Position numbers and translations under genes: made by a program
Notes under the pieces: generated by a model
The model's input: only the letters and a program-made list of their open reading frames with translations
Databases searched by the model: none
Told to the model about the DNA's origin: nothing
Assembly: GCA_944389745.1 (NCBI GenBank)
Contig: CALXNM010000005.1
Location: 8,078-72,077 of the forward strand
Source: an uncultured Clostridia bacterium
GTDB taxonomy: Bacteria; Bacillota; Clostridia; TANB77; CAG-508
Direction: 5' to 3'
DNA: 64,000 nt
Shown here: one piece after another, positions 39,746-51,007 of the stretch
Position numbering within the stretch: position 1 is the first letter of the stretch
Layout: each line of letters opens with the position of its first letter

Positions 39746-41944
39746 ATGTCAGAATATAAAAACAAAGAAATTGAAGATGTAATAGCAGTGGTGAAAAAGA
39801 AAAAGGGTAGACGTGATACAAAGCTAATACAACGTGCATATGACTATGCAAATTCAAAACATGGAGATCAGAAAAGAAAGTCTGGAGAACCATATATAAT
39901 ACATCCTGTACAAGTAGCGTATATTCTTGCAGATTTAGGCATGGATGACAACACTATTTGTGCAGCACTTTTACATGATGTTTTAGAAGACACTGATACT
40001 ACATACAATGATTTAGTAAAAGAATTTAACCAAGAAATTGCATATATGGTTGATGGAGTTACAAAACTTAGTAAACTTCAGTATGCAAGTGTGGAAGAGC
40101 AACAAGTTGAAAACTATAGAAAAATGTTTTTAGCAATGGGAAAAGACATACGTGTAATCCTAATAAAACTTGCAGATAGACTTCATAATATGAGAACTTT
40201 AAAGTTTTTATCTAGAGATAGACAGATAGCAAATGCTAAAGAAACAATGGAACTATATGCACCACTTGCAAATAGACTTGGTGTATATTCTCTAAAATGG
40301 GAACTAGAAGATTTAGCTTTTAAATATTTGTATCCAGAAGAATATAGAGAATTAGTAGAAGGTGTGAATAGGAAAAGAGAAGAAAGACTTAAATTTATTG
40401 AGCAAATAATGGATCAAATAAGAGAAGAATTAAAGAAACAAAGAATAGATGCCGAAGTAACTGGAAGAGCAAAGCATCTATACAGTATATACAGAAAGAT
40501 GAAAAGAGATAATTCAACTCTAGACCAAATATATGATTTATTTGCATTAAGAATAATAGTAAACTCAGTAAAAGACTGTTATGCAGCACTTGGAGTAGTA
40601 CATGACTTATATAATCCAATGCCAGGAAGATTTAAAGACTATATAGCAGTACCAAAACCAAATATGTATCAATCACTACATACAACATTGATTGGACCAA
40701 AAGGAACACCTTTTGAAGTTCAAATACGTACATGGGATATGCACAGAGTTGCAGAATATGGTATTGCTGCACACTGGGCATACAAAGAGTCTAGTTTCGC
40801 AAAAGGCAAGAAGGCAAATGTAAAAGTACAAGATGATAAACTAGCATGGGTAAGAGAAACACTAGAATGGCAAAGCGAAATGCAAGACCCAGACGAATTC
40901 ATGTCTACATTAAAGAAAGAATTATTTGTAGATGAGGTATATATTTTTACTCCAAAAGGAGCAATAAAAGTACTTCCAAAAGGTTCAACACCAATAGACT
41001 TTGCTTATCAAATACATGAGCAAATAGGACATAAAATGGTTGGCTGTAAAATAAATAGCAAAATGATGCCAATAACAACTAAGTTAAATAATGGTGACAT
41101 TGTAGAAATAATAACATCAGACCAATCAAAAGGACCAAGTAGAGACTGGCTTAAATTTGTAAAAAGTTCAAGAGCAAGAAATAAAATATTAGGATGGTTT
41201 AAGAAAAACCAAAGAGAAGAAAATATAGAAAAAGGTAAAGACATAATAGAAAAAGAACTTAAAAAAATAGGTGTAAAACATGACGAACTATTTAAAAATG
41301 AATTTGTACAGCCAGCATTAAATAGATATAAATATAACAGCTTAGAAGACATGTATGCAAGTGTTGGATTTGGTTCAATATCTGCAGGAAAAATTATATC
41401 TAGAATGTTAGAAGAATACAGAAAAGTACATAAAGAAGACGATATAGAAAAAACCTTACAAGAGCTATCAAAAGAAAAAGTACATAAAGAAAAACCATCA
41501 TCAAATGGTATCATTGTAAAGGGAATAGATAATTGCTTAGTAAAACTATCAAAATGTTGTAACCCAGTACCTGGAGACGATATAATAGGATATGTTACAA
41601 GAGGTAGAGGAGTATCTGTACATAGAACAGACTGTGTAAATGCAAAAAATCTATTAACAGATGGGAATAGAATAATAGATGTATATTGGAGCAATCAAAA
41701 AACAACATATAGTGTTGATATAGAAATATATGCAAATGATAGAACAGGACTATTAGCAGACATAATAAATGTAATAGGAAATACCAAATGCAAACTACAA
41801 GCAGTTACTTCAAAAGCAAACAAAGAAAAAATTGCAGTAACAGAAGTAACAGTTGAAGTAGAAAATATAGAACAATTAAACAAAGTATTAAAAGCTCTTA
41901 GAAAAGTAGATAGTGTATACGAAGTAAAAAGAAAGAAACAATAG
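39746..41944 (+). CDS. relA: bifunctional (p)ppGpp synthetase/hydrolase Rel (long RSH)
   Basis: HD domain (HPVQVAYIL...LHDVLEDT). Synthetase motifs GRAKHLYSIYRKM, DLFALRIIV, KPNMYQSLHTT, EVQIRTWDMHRVAEYG. TGS and ACT regions present. Confidence 0.97.
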   Translation: MSEYKNKEIEDVIAVVKKKKGRRDTKLIQRAYDYANSKHGDQKRKSGEPYIIHPVQVAYILADLGMDDNTICAALLHDVLEDTDTTYNDLVKEFNQEIAYMVDGVTKLSKLQYASVEEQQVENYRKMFLAMGKDIRVILIKLADRLHNMRTLKFLSRDRQIANAKETMELYAPLANRLGVYSLKWELEDLAFKYLYPEEYRELVEGVNRKREERLKFIEQIMDQIREELKKQRIDAEVTGRAKHLYSIYRKMKRDNSTLDQIYDLFALRIIVNSVKDCYAALGVVHDLYNPMPGRFKDYIAVPKPNMYQSLHTTLIGPKGTPFEVQIRTWDMHRVAEYGIAAHWAYKESSFAKGKKANVKVQDDKLAWVRETLEWQSEMQDPDEFMSTLKKELFVDEVYIFTPKGAIKVLPKGSTPIDFAYQIHEQIGHKMVGCKINSKMMPITTKLNNGDIVEIITSDQSKGPSRDWLKFVKSSRARNKILGWFKKNQREENIEKGKDIIEKELKKIGVKHDELFKNEFVQPALNRYKYNSLEDMYASVGFGSISAGKIISRMLEEYRKVHKEDDIEKTLQELSKEKVHKEKPSSNGIIVKGIDNCLVKLSKCCNPVPGDDIIGYVTRGRGVSVHRTDCVNAKNLLTDGNRIIDVYWSNQKTTYSVDIEIYANDRTGLLADIINVIGNTKCKLQAVTSKANKEKIAVTEVTVEVENIEQLNKVLKALRKVDSVYEVKRKKQ

Positions 41945-41954
41945 GATGTCATTG

Positions 41955-41981
41955 TGCCAATGGGGACAGACCCCTTTGGCA
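41955..41981 (+). repeat. REP-like palindrome, copy 5, after relA
   Basis: TGCCAATGGGGACAGACCCCTTTGGCA, 11 nt after the relA stop. Confidence 0.7.
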
Positions 41982-42006
41982 CAACACAGGCACAAAGGAG
42001 ATAAAG

Positions 42007-42657
42007 ATGATTTTAAAAGAATTAAGATTACAATCTGATTTTGAAAATATAATTACAAATTGTTACATAATAGAAGATGAAAAAACAAAGGAAACAATGG
42101 TAATAGACCCAGGAGGAGAGCCAGAGCGAATATTAGAATTATTACAAATATTGGGTGCTAAGGTTAAATATATTTATTTAACACACTGCCATGGAGACCA
42201 TATGGGAGCTTTAGAAGACATAAAAAATAAAGTAGGTGGAAAAATATTAATTCACTCAGATGATTATGAAGGACTACAAAATCCTGAAATTAATCTTACG
42301 GGTGTAGTATCAGAAAATAAAAAAAGTATCGAAGCAGACTCTAGGGTAAATGACGGAGATGTAATCCATATAGGTGATTTAGAGTTTAAAGTAATACACA
42401 CACCAGGGCATACAAAAGGCGGAAGCAGTTTATATTGCGAAAAAGAAAACATGTTGTTTTCTGGTGACACATTATTTAAAGGAATGTGGGGAAGAACAGA
42501 CCTTCCAACAGGTAGTTTTCAAGATATAATACAATCAATAAGTAATAAATTATTAGTATTACCAGACGAGACCATAGTATACCCAGGTCATGGAACATCT
42601 ACTAAAATTATAGAAGAAGAACCAATTTACTATAATCTAATGCCTGGGGACGAGTAA
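42007..42657 (+). CDS. MBL-fold metallo-hydrolase (glyoxalase II-like)
   Basis: THCHGDHMG motif and downstream HTPGHTKGG. Confidence 0.88.
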   Translation: MILKELRLQSDFENIITNCYIIEDEKTKETMVIDPGGEPERILELLQILGAKVKYIYLTHCHGDHMGALEDIKNKVGGKILIHSDDYEGLQNPEINLTGVVSENKKSIEADSRVNDGDVIHIGDLEFKVIHTPGHTKGGSSLYCEKENMLFSGDTLFKGMWGRTDLPTGSFQDIIQSISNKLLVLPDETIVYPGHGTSTKIIEEEPIYYNLMPGDE

Positions 42658-42679
42658 AAAGTAGAAAGGAGCAAATTTT

Positions 42680-43990
42680 ATGAAAGTGGAACCAAAAACT
42701 TTGCCAGGTTTTATGGAACTTTTACCAAATGACCAAATACAATTTAATTCTATGATGGATAAGATTAGAAAATCATATGAGAGGTTTGGATTTTTACCAT
42801 TAGATACGCCAATTATTGAAATGGCAGATGTACTTTTGGCAAAAGCAGGTGGGGAAACAGAAAAACAAATATATCGTTTTAACAAAGGTGATAATGATTT
42901 GGCTTTGCGTTTTGATTTAACAGTGCCACTTGCTAAATATGTTTGTGAGTATTATAACGATATAAGTTTTCCTTTTAAAAGATACCAAATAGGTAAAGTA
43001 TATAGAGGGGAAAGACCTCAAAAAGGTAGATATAGAGAATTTTATCAATGTGATATAGATATTATTGGAGATGGAGAGTTAAACTTAATAAATGATGCAG
43101 AAATTCCAAGTGTTATTTATACAACTATAAAAGAACTAGGATTTGATAATTTTACAATTAGAATTAATAATAGAAAAATATTAAATGGATTATTTGCAGA
43201 GCTTGATTTAGAAAAAGAGTCTATAGAAATAATGAGAATTATTGATAAACTTGAAAAAATAGGAAAAGAAAATGTGGTAAAATGTTTACAAGACTTAAAA
43301 ATTGAAAACGAAAAGATAAATAAAATAATGGAATTCCTAGATATAGAAGGAGATACAGATTCAAAATTACAAAAACTTCAAGAATTAGGATTTATAAACG
43401 AACTATTCTTACAAGGCTTAGTAGAACTTTCTGAAGTAATTAAAAATGTAAGATTATTTGGAGTTCCAGATACTAATTTTAAGGTAGATCTTACAATAGC
43501 AAGAGGATTAGATTATTATACAGGAACAGTTTATGAAACATTTTTAAATGATTATAGAGAGCTTGGAAGTATATGCTCAGGCGGTAGATATGATAATTTA
43601 GCAGAGTTTTATACTGATAGAAAAATGCCAGGTGTTGGAGTATCTATAGGACTTACAAGATTATATTCAAAACTAAGAGAGCTTGATATAATAGAAAACA
43701 ATCAAAAATCAATTTCTAAAGTTTTAGTTGTATCAATGCTAGATAATAATGATAGAGCAATAGAAGTAGGAGCAATGCTTAGAAAAAATGATATAAATAC
43801 AGATGTATATTTAGAAAACAAAAAAATAAAAGCTAAATTTAAATATGCAAATAGATTAAATGTTCCATATGTTGCAATAATAGGAGAAGAGGAAGAAGAA
43901 AACGGAACAGTAAGTCTAAAAAATATGGAAACAGGAGACCAAAAAGAAGTAAGTATAGATGAGCTAATAACTATATTAAAACAAGATTAG
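42680..43990 (+). CDS. hisS: histidine--tRNA ligase
   Basis: Class II motifs (RFDLTVPLAKYV, YQIGKVYRGERPQKGRYREFYQCDIDIIG, GGRYDNL) plus a C-terminal anticodon-binding domain. Confidence 0.88.
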   Translation: MKVEPKTLPGFMELLPNDQIQFNSMMDKIRKSYERFGFLPLDTPIIEMADVLLAKAGGETEKQIYRFNKGDNDLALRFDLTVPLAKYVCEYYNDISFPFKRYQIGKVYRGERPQKGRYREFYQCDIDIIGDGELNLINDAEIPSVIYTTIKELGFDNFTIRINNRKILNGLFAELDLEKESIEIMRIIDKLEKIGKENVVKCLQDLKIENEKINKIMEFLDIEGDTDSKLQKLQELGFINELFLQGLVELSEVIKNVRLFGVPDTNFKVDLTIARGLDYYTGTVYETFLNDYRELGSICSGGRYDNLAEFYTDRKMPGVGVSIGLTRLYSKLRELDIIENNQKSISKVLVVSMLDNNDRAIEVGAMLRKNDINTDVYLENKKIKAKFKYANRLNVPYVAIIGEEEEENGTVSLKNMETGDQKEVSIDELITILKQD

Positions 43991-44036
43991 TTAAAAGTGA
44001 ATGTTAATAAAAAAGTGGAAAGCTATATTGAGAGAA

Positions 44037-44076
44037 AATATAACCTAAGATTTAAAAAATTAGGTTATATTTTTTA
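44037..44076 (+). terminator. rho-independent terminator after hisS
   Basis: AATATAACCTA ... TAGGTTATATT 11-bp stem followed by a T-run. Confidence 0.75.
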
Positions 44077-44185
44077 TGCTTTACGAATATATTTATATAT
44101 AGGAAACTTGTACCAATAGAAATAGCCAAAAAAAGAAAAAAGCAAGTTCTAGCAAAGAGTATTTTAGGAAGGAATAAAGCCAAAC

Positions 44186-45313
44186 ATGATTAATTTAGCT
44201 GTAATAGAATTAAAAGATATTATAAAATACTTAATAAAAATAACAATTATAATATTGCTTGCTGTGAGTCTTACCAAATTTTTTTCAAGCTTTAAAACAA
44301 AATTAAATGTAGAAAAAAAATCTTTTCTCTCTTGTTTAGATGTAGTTATACCAAGCATGATAGATGTAAATGAGAATGAAGAGAATACAAAAAAAGTAGA
44401 TAAAGCTGAAATAAAACCACTAAAAATGGCATTAGAAACTGAATTAGGAGTTATAAATGCATTAGAAAAAAATGGAGAAACAGAAGCTGATGAAACATCA
44501 AGTGCAAATAAAGAAGAAACAGAAGCTGACGCTGGAAAAGTTGAAGAAGCAAAAACAGGAGTAAAAACAGAGGTTATAGAAACTAATGTCCCTGAAAAAT
44601 ATACTACAGAATATAATGGAGTAAAAATAAGAAATGAAACAGATAATATAAAACTAACAAAAGCAATGTTAAAACCTGATGTAACACTAAATACAAAAAA
44701 TATCATTATCTATCATACACATACTTGTGAAAGTTATACAAAAACAGAAAAATATAAATACAAATCAACAGGAAACTTTAGAACAACTGATATAAATTAT
44801 TCTGTAGCAAGAGTTGGAACTGAACTTACTAAGTATTTAAAATATTATGGATATAATGTAATACATGATACTACTTTATATGATTATCCATCATATAGTG
44901 CATCATATGATAGATCACTAAAAGGAGTAGCAAAATTATTGAAAAAAAATAAAGATACAGACATATTATTTGATATTCATAGAGATGCAATTGGAGATAG
45001 TACATATGCACCAACAGTTAAAATAGGAGAAGAAGAAGCGGCTCAAATGATGTTTGTAATAGGAAGTAATGGAGGAGGAAGCGAGCATGATAATTGGAAT
45101 AAGAACTTAAAATTTGCAGTAAAAATACAAGAAAAAGCAAATGAAATGTATCCAGGATTATTTAAACCGATAATTTTAAGAGACAGTAGATATAATCAAC
45201 AATTAGCAGATGGAGCAAGCATTATAGAAGTAGGTGCTACAGGCAATACTCTAGAACAATGTTTAAATAGTATGAAATACTTATCAAAAGTATTAAAAGA
45301 AGTATTAAATTAG
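44186..45313 (+). CDS. spoIIP: stage II sporulation protein P (SpoIIP amidase/endopeptidase)
   Basis: IIIYHTHTCESY and DIHRDA motifs, N-terminal membrane anchor. Confidence 0.82.
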   Translation: MINLAVIELKDIIKYLIKITIIILLAVSLTKFFSSFKTKLNVEKKSFLSCLDVVIPSMIDVNENEENTKKVDKAEIKPLKMALETELGVINALEKNGETEADETSSANKEETEADAGKVEEAKTGVKTEVIETNVPEKYTTEYNGVKIRNETDNIKLTKAMLKPDVTLNTKNIIIYHTHTCESYTKTEKYKYKSTGNFRTTDINYSVARVGTELTKYLKYYGYNVIHDTTLYDYPSYSASYDRSLKGVAKLLKKNKDTDILFDIHRDAIGDSTYAPTVKIGEEEAAQMMFVIGSNGGGSEHDNWNKNLKFAVKIQEKANEMYPGLFKPIILRDSRYNQQLADGASIIEVGATGNTLEQCLNSMKYLSKVLKEVLN

Positions 45314-45318
45314 CAATT

Positions 45319-45390
45319 GGGGACGGATTTGTTTTGTAAATCTAAATATAAATTTACAAAATAAGTCCGTCCCCATCTGCTAATTTTTTT
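45319..45390 (+). terminator. long hairpin after spoIIP (GGGGACGGA...TCCGTCCCC), possibly a distant relative of the palindrome family
   Basis: ~56-nt hairpin GGGGACGGATTTGTTTTGTAAAT...ATTTACAAAATAAGTCCGTCCCC. A T7 run follows 9 nt downstream. Confidence 0.55.
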
Positions 45391-45482
45391 ATATTACAAC
45401 TTGACAATTAAAAAGAAAAAAATTATAATAAAATATTGTTAGAAGCCTAACAATACAGTGGAGGTGATATAAAATAGAAAGG

Positions 45483-45902
45483 ATGAATGTAGGTAGAAGT
45501 ATTCATATATTATCAAGGCAAGTTAAGAGAAAAATAGATGAAGCGGTAATTAAATATAATGTTACATCAGTTCAATGTAGTTTTATTGGCTATATAGGCT
45601 ACAAGAACAAAAAGGGAAATGTTTATGCAAAAGACATAGAAAGAAAATTTAATATGAGAAGGGCTACTGTTGCAGAGATACTTAGTTTGATGGAAAAAAA
45701 TGGCTTAATAGAAAGAAAAGCGAATGAAAAAGATGGAAGATTAAAACAAATTGTATTAACAGACAAATCATTAGAAATAGAAAATAGTATAAAAAAAGAA
45801 GTAAATAAAGTAGAAAATAATTTAAAAAAAGGCCTTACTGAAGAAGAGGTTAATGAGTTCATGAAAACATTAAAGAAAATGTCTGAAAATTTGGAATATT
45901 AA
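45483..45902 (+). CDS. MarR family transcriptional regulator
   Basis: Winged-helix region RATVAEILSLMEKNGLIERKANEKDGRLKQIVLT. Lies upstream of an ABC exporter pair. Confidence 0.85.
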   Translation: MNVGRSIHILSRQVKRKIDEAVIKYNVTSVQCSFIGYIGYKNKKGNVYAKDIERKFNMRRATVAEILSLMEKNGLIERKANEKDGRLKQIVLTDKSLEIENSIKKEVNKVENNLKKGLTEEEVNEFMKTLKKMSENLEY

Positions 45903-45927
45903 AAACAAAAAAATATAGGAGGTAGAA

Positions 45928-47679
45928 ATGATAAAGAAATTAGCAAAATATATAATAGACTGTAAGAAAGATACAATTTTAACACCTATATTTGTTATTT
46001 TTGAAGTTATTATGGAAGTTGTAATTCCATATTTAATGGCAAAAATAATAGATGTAGGTATTCAAAACAGCGATGTTAAATATATTCTAGAAATTGGTAT
46101 ATTTCTAATTGTATCTGCAATATTATCACTTACTTTTGGTATGCTATCTGGAAGATTTGCTGCAAAAGCATCTGCAGGATATGCTAAAAATTTAAGAAAA
46201 GCTATGTTTGATAAAATCCAAACATATGCATTTGAAAATATTGATAAATTCTCAACATCAAGTTTAATTACAAGACTTACAACAGATGTGACTAATGTAC
46301 AAAACGCTTTTCAAATGATTATAAGAATATTAGTAAGAGCTCCAATAATGCTAATATTTGCTCTTGTAATGACATTTACAATAAGTGCAAAACTTGCTTG
46401 CATATTCCTAGTTGCAATACCTATCCTAGGATTCCTTTTAATATTTATAGCTAAAAAAGCACATCCATATTTTGAAACAGTATTCAAGAAATATGATAAA
46501 TTAAACAGAGTTGTTCAAGAAGATTTATCTGGAATAAGAGTTGTTAAAGCATATGCTAAAGAAGATTTAGAAAAAGAAAAGTTTAGAGGCGTAAATAACG
46601 AAGTATATAGCATGTTCAAAAAAGCCGAAAAAATAGTTGCTTTTAACTCACCAGTAATGCAATTTACTGTATATTCATGTATTTTATTAATATCATGGTT
46701 TGGTGCACAGTTAATTGTTGGTGGAGAAATGCAAACAGGACAATTATCAAGTTTAATTACATATGCATATCAAATACTTATGAGTTTGATGATGCTTTCA
46801 ATGGTATTTGTTATGGTAATAATTGCTCAATCTTCAGCTGAAAGAATTATAGAAGTATTAGATGAAAAACCAGCAATTAAGAATAAAGAAAGAACTATAA
46901 AAGAAGTAAAAGACGGTGGAATAGTATTTGATAATGTAAGTTTCTGTTATAGTGACGAAAAAGACAGAACAAAATTTGCTTTAAGGAATATTAATTTAGA
47001 AATTAAACCAGGAGAAACAGTAGGTATTATTGGTGGAACAGGAAGTTCTAAATCTACGCTAGTACAATTAATTCCAAGGTTATATGAAGTAACTAAAGGA
47101 AGAGTTAAAGTTGGTGGAGTAGATGTTAGAGATTATGACCTAGAAACTTTAAGAGATAGTGTTTCTATGGTTCTTCAGAAAAATGTACTATTCTCAGGTA
47201 CTATTAGTGAAAACCTAAGATGGGGAAATAAAGAAGCTGATGATGATGAACTAGAAAGAGTATGTAAGCTTGCTCAAGCAGATGATTTTATAAAACAATT
47301 TCCAGCAAAATATGAAACAGTGCTAGACCAAGGTGGAACTAATGTATCAGGAGGACAAAAACAAAGAATTTGTATTGCAAGAGCATTACTTAAAAAACCA
47401 AAAATATTAATATTAGATGATTCAACAAGTGCTGTTGATACAAAAACAGATGCTTTAATTAGAAAAGCATTTAGAGAAGAAATACCAAATACAACAAAGA
47501 TAATAATTGCACAAAGAATTAGTTCTATAGAAGATGCAGATAAAATAGTTGTATTAAATGAGGGAAGAATTGATGGAATTGGAACATCAGAAGAACTTCT
47601 AAAAACTAATAAAATATATAGAGAAGTATATGAATCTCAAATGAAAGGAGATGACGAAGAAGATGGAAAAGAAGACTAA
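45928..47679 (+). CDS. ABC exporter, fused permease/ATPase, subunit 1
   Basis: Six-TM domain plus Walker A GGTGSSKST, signature VSGGQKQR and Walker B ILILDD. Confidence 0.93.
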   Translation: MIKKLAKYIIDCKKDTILTPIFVIFEVIMEVVIPYLMAKIIDVGIQNSDVKYILEIGIFLIVSAILSLTFGMLSGRFAAKASAGYAKNLRKAMFDKIQTYAFENIDKFSTSSLITRLTTDVTNVQNAFQMIIRILVRAPIMLIFALVMTFTISAKLACIFLVAIPILGFLLIFIAKKAHPYFETVFKKYDKLNRVVQEDLSGIRVVKAYAKEDLEKEKFRGVNNEVYSMFKKAEKIVAFNSPVMQFTVYSCILLISWFGAQLIVGGEMQTGQLSSLITYAYQILMSLMMLSMVFVMVIIAQSSAERIIEVLDEKPAIKNKERTIKEVKDGGIVFDNVSFCYSDEKDRTKFALRNINLEIKPGETVGIIGGTGSSKSTLVQLIPRLYEVTKGRVKVGGVDVRDYDLETLRDSVSMVLQKNVLFSGTISENLRWGNKEADDDELERVCKLAQADDFIKQFPAKYETVLDQGGTNVSGGQKQRICIARALLKKPKILILDDSTSAVDTKTDALIRKAFREEIPNTTKIIIAQRISSIEDADKIVVLNEGRIDGIGTSEELLKTNKIYREVYESQMKGDDEEDGKED

Positions 47680-49522
47680 GAAGTCAAAAACAGCATTTAG
47701 ACTTTTAAAATATGTATTTACAACATATAAACTACAATTTTTTATAGTACTTGTAGCAATCATACTTAGTTCACTTGCTAATGTAATGGGAATTCAATTT
47801 ATCCAAAGATTAATTGATAACTACATAGTGCCATTATTAGGTAATGAAAATCCTGATTTTTCATCATTATTACAAGCAATCCTTTCAATGGGTGTAATTT
47901 ATATAATAGGTGTTTTAGCAACATATATTTACAACAGATTAATGATTAATATTTCACAAGGAATATTAAATAAAATACGTACAGAAATGTTTGAACATAT
48001 GCAAACTTTACCAATTGGATATTTTGATAGCCGTTCACATGGTGAAATAATGAGTACATACACAAATGACGTAGATGCTTTAAGACAAGCTTTAAGCCAA
48101 AGTATTCCACAAGTATTTTCAGCAATTGTAACAATGATAACTGTTTTAGTATCAATGTTTACTACAAATGTATATTTAACTTTAGTTGTTATTGCAATGG
48201 TTATAATAATGACATTTGTATCTAGATATTTAGGTGGAAACAGTTCAAGATATTTCGTACAACAACAAGAGGATTTAAGTAAAGTAAATGGATACATAGA
48301 AGAAATGATGGAAGGACAAAAAGTAGTAAAAGTTTTCTGCCATGAAGAAGAATCAAAAAATAAATTTGATGAATTAAATGAGAACTTATGTGATAGTGGT
48401 GCTAGAGCTAACACATATGCAAACATCTTAATGCCTTGTATAGCAAATATTGGTAACTTAGGATATGTGTTAGTTGCAGTTATTGGTGGTATTCTTTCTG
48501 TAAATGGAATATTAACAATAGGTAATATTGCTGCATTCTTACAATATGTAAAAGCATTTACAAACCCATTAAGCCAAGTTTCACAACAAATGAACTTTAT
48601 AGTAATGGCACTAGCTGGTGCTGAAAGGATATTTAAATTAATTGATGAAAAACCAGAAGTAGATGATGGTTATGTAACACTTGTAAATGCTAAAATGGAA
48701 AATGGTAAAATTGTAGAAGCAAATGAAAGAACAGGTTTATGGGCATGGAAACATCCTCATCAAGATGGTAGAATTACTTACGCAAGATTAAGAGGAAAAG
48801 TTACCTTTGATGATGTTGTATTCGGATATACAGATAAAAAGATTGTATTACATAATATATCATTAGAGGCTAAAGAAGGACAAAAAGTAGCATTTGTTGG
48901 TGCAACAGGTGCAGGTAAAACTACTATTACAAACTTAATAAATCGTTTCTATGATATACAAAGTGGTAAGATTAGATATGATGGAATAAATATACAAAAA
49001 ATTAAAAAAGCAGATTTAAGAAGATCACTTGGTATGGTTTTACAAGACACAAATTTATTTACAGGAACAATTAAAGACAATATAAGATATGCAAGACCAG
49101 AAGCATCTGATGAAGAAGTTTATGCTGCAGCAAAACTTGCAAATGCAGATTACTTTATAAAAAAATTACCACAAGGTTATGATACAATGATAACTGGAAA
49201 TGGAGAAGGATTATCACAAGGACAAAGACAATTACTATCAATTGCAAGAGCAGCATTAGACAATGCGCCAGTATTAATACTAGACGAAGCAACATCAAGT
49301 ATTGATACACGTACAGAAAAAATAGTTCAAGACGGTATGGATAAACTTATGAAAGGTAGAACAGTTTTTGTTATAGCACATAGACTATCAACAATTAGAA
49401 ACTCAGATTTAATTATGGTACTAGACCAAGGAAGAATAATTGAAAGAGGAAATCATGATGAATTAATAGCTAAAAAAGGTATGTATTATGGACTATATAC
49501 AGGAGCAATAGAAATAGACTAA
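47663..49522 (+). CDS. ABC exporter, fused permease/ATPase, subunit 2
   Basis: Walker A GATGAGKTT, signature LSQGQRQ, Walker B VLILDEATS. Start may be ATG 47663 or 47651. Confidence 0.93.
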   Translation: MEKKTKKSKTAFRLLKYVFTTYKLQFFIVLVAIILSSLANVMGIQFIQRLIDNYIVPLLGNENPDFSSLLQAILSMGVIYIIGVLATYIYNRLMINISQGILNKIRTEMFEHMQTLPIGYFDSRSHGEIMSTYTNDVDALRQALSQSIPQVFSAIVTMITVLVSMFTTNVYLTLVVIAMVIIMTFVSRYLGGNSSRYFVQQQEDLSKVNGYIEEMMEGQKVVKVFCHEEESKNKFDELNENLCDSGARANTYANILMPCIANIGNLGYVLVAVIGGILSVNGILTIGNIAAFLQYVKAFTNPLSQVSQQMNFIVMALAGAERIFKLIDEKPEVDDGYVTLVNAKMENGKIVEANERTGLWAWKHPHQDGRITYARLRGKVTFDDVVFGYTDKKIVLHNISLEAKEGQKVAFVGATGAGKTTITNLINRFYDIQSGKIRYDGINIQKIKKADLRRSLGMVLQDTNLFTGTIKDNIRYARPEASDEEVYAAAKLANADYFIKKLPQGYDTMITGNGEGLSQGQRQLLSIARAALDNAPVLILDEATSSIDTRTEKIVQDGMDKLMKGRTVFVIAHRLSTIRNSDLIMVLDQGRIIERGNHDELIAKKGMYYGLYTGAIEID

Positions 49523-49529
49523 CACAAAA

Positions 49530-49568
49530 TGCCATGGGGACAGACCCTTTTGGCATTTTATTTTTTTT
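49530..49568 (+). repeat. REP-like palindrome, copy 6, after the ABC exporter
   Basis: TGCCATGGGGACAGACCCTTTTGGCA followed by a long T-run, 8 nt after the stop. Confidence 0.7.
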
Positions 49569-49660
49569 GATTAAAATACTTGTAAAAAAATAGTTTGTAT
49601 AATATGATATAAATGAAATAATAAAAAAGTTTTAATATATTTTTACAAAGGAGGAGTATT

Positions 49661-50977
49661 ATGGAAAATATAAAAGTAAACTTTGATAATGCAAAGGTTT
49701 TTGAGAGCAAGATAATGAAGTATTCTAAACAAGTTGAGGAGATTCATAAAGAATTACATGAAAAAGCAGATGATAAAAATGAGTTTTGCGGATGGCTTAA
49801 TTTGCCAACAAATTACGATAAAAACGAATTCGAAAACATAAAAAAGGCTGCTAAAAAAATTCAGGCAGATTCAGATATATTATTAGTTATAGGAATAGGA
49901 GGATCTTATTTAGGAGCTAGAGCGGTAATAGAATCTCTAAACAATACATTCTATAATATGCAAGACAAATCTCAAAGAAGAACACCACAAATATTATATG
50001 TAGGAAATTCATTAAGTCCGAATTATATAAGTGATTTAGTAAATTATATTGGAGATAAAGATATATCTATAAATGTTATATCAAAGTCTGGAACTACAAC
50101 AGAGCCAGCAATAGCTTTTAGAATTTTTAGAGAGATAATGGAAAATAAATATAGCTTAAAAGAAGCAAGGTCAAGAATTTATGTAACATCAGATAGTGAA
50201 AAAGGTGCGCTAAAAACTCTTGCTGATAAAGAAAAATACACAACATTTGTTATACCGGATAATGTTGGAGGAAGATATTCAGTATTAACAGCAGTTGGAT
50301 TACTTCCAATAGCAGCAGCTGGAATAAATATTGATGAATTAATGGAAGGAGCAAGAATAGCACAAGATAGATATTCAGATGGAAACTTGAAATATAATGA
50401 GTGTTATAAATATGCGGCTTTAAGAAATGTGCTATATGAAGAGGAAAAGAACATAGAAATTTTAGTTACTTATGAGCCAAAAATGCACTACTTTATTGAA
50501 TGGTGGAAGCAATTATTTGGTGAAAGTGAAGGTAAGGAGAAAAAAGGAATATATCCATCAGGAGCTGAATTTACTACTGATTTACATTCACTAGGACAAT
50601 ATATTCAAGAAGGAAGAAGAAATTTATTTGAAACAGTAATAAGCATAGAAAATTCAGAAAACGATATAAAACTAAAAAAAGAAGAAGATGACATGGATAA
50701 TCTAAATTATTTAGCTGAAAGAACACTTGACTATGTAAACAAAAAAGCAATGCAAGCAACTATAGCAGCACATGTTGAAGGAGATGTGCCTAATATTGTA
50801 GTAAATATTGATAAATTAGATGCAAGCAATATGGGGCAATTAATATATTTCTTTGAACTTGCCTGTGCTATGTCTGGATCAATTTTAGGAATCAATCCAT
50901 TTAATCAACCAGGGGTAGAAAAATATAAAACAAATATGTTTAAACTATTAGGAAAACCAGGATATGAAGAAAAATAA
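49661..50977 (+). CDS. pgi: glucose-6-phosphate isomerase
   Basis: Gram-positive-type PGI of ~440 aa with [26 protein letters not shown] and GESEGK motifs. Confidence 0.93.
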   Translation: MENIKVNFDNAKVFESKIMKYSKQVEEIHKELHEKADDKNEFCGWLNLPTNYDKNEFENIKKAAKKIQADSDILLVIGIGGSYLGARAVIESLNNTFYNMQDKSQRRTPQILYVGNSLSPNYISDLVNYIGDKDISINVISKSGTTTEPAIAFRIFREIMENKYSLKEARSRIYVTSDSEKGALKTLADKEKYTTFVIPDNVGGRYSVLTAVGLLPIAAAGINIDELMEGARIAQDRYSDGNLKYNECYKYAALRNVLYEEEKNIEILVTYEPKMHYFIEWWKQLFGESEGKEKKGIYPSGAEFTTDLHSLGQYIQEGRRNLFETVISIENSENDIKLKKEEDDMDNLNYLAERTLDYVNKKAMQATIAAHVEGDVPNIVVNIDKLDASNMGQLIYFFELACAMSGSILGINPFNQPGVEKYKTNMFKLLGKPGYEEK

Positions 50978-51007
50978 TTCTAATGAAAAATAAAAGAGGA
51001 AAAAGTA

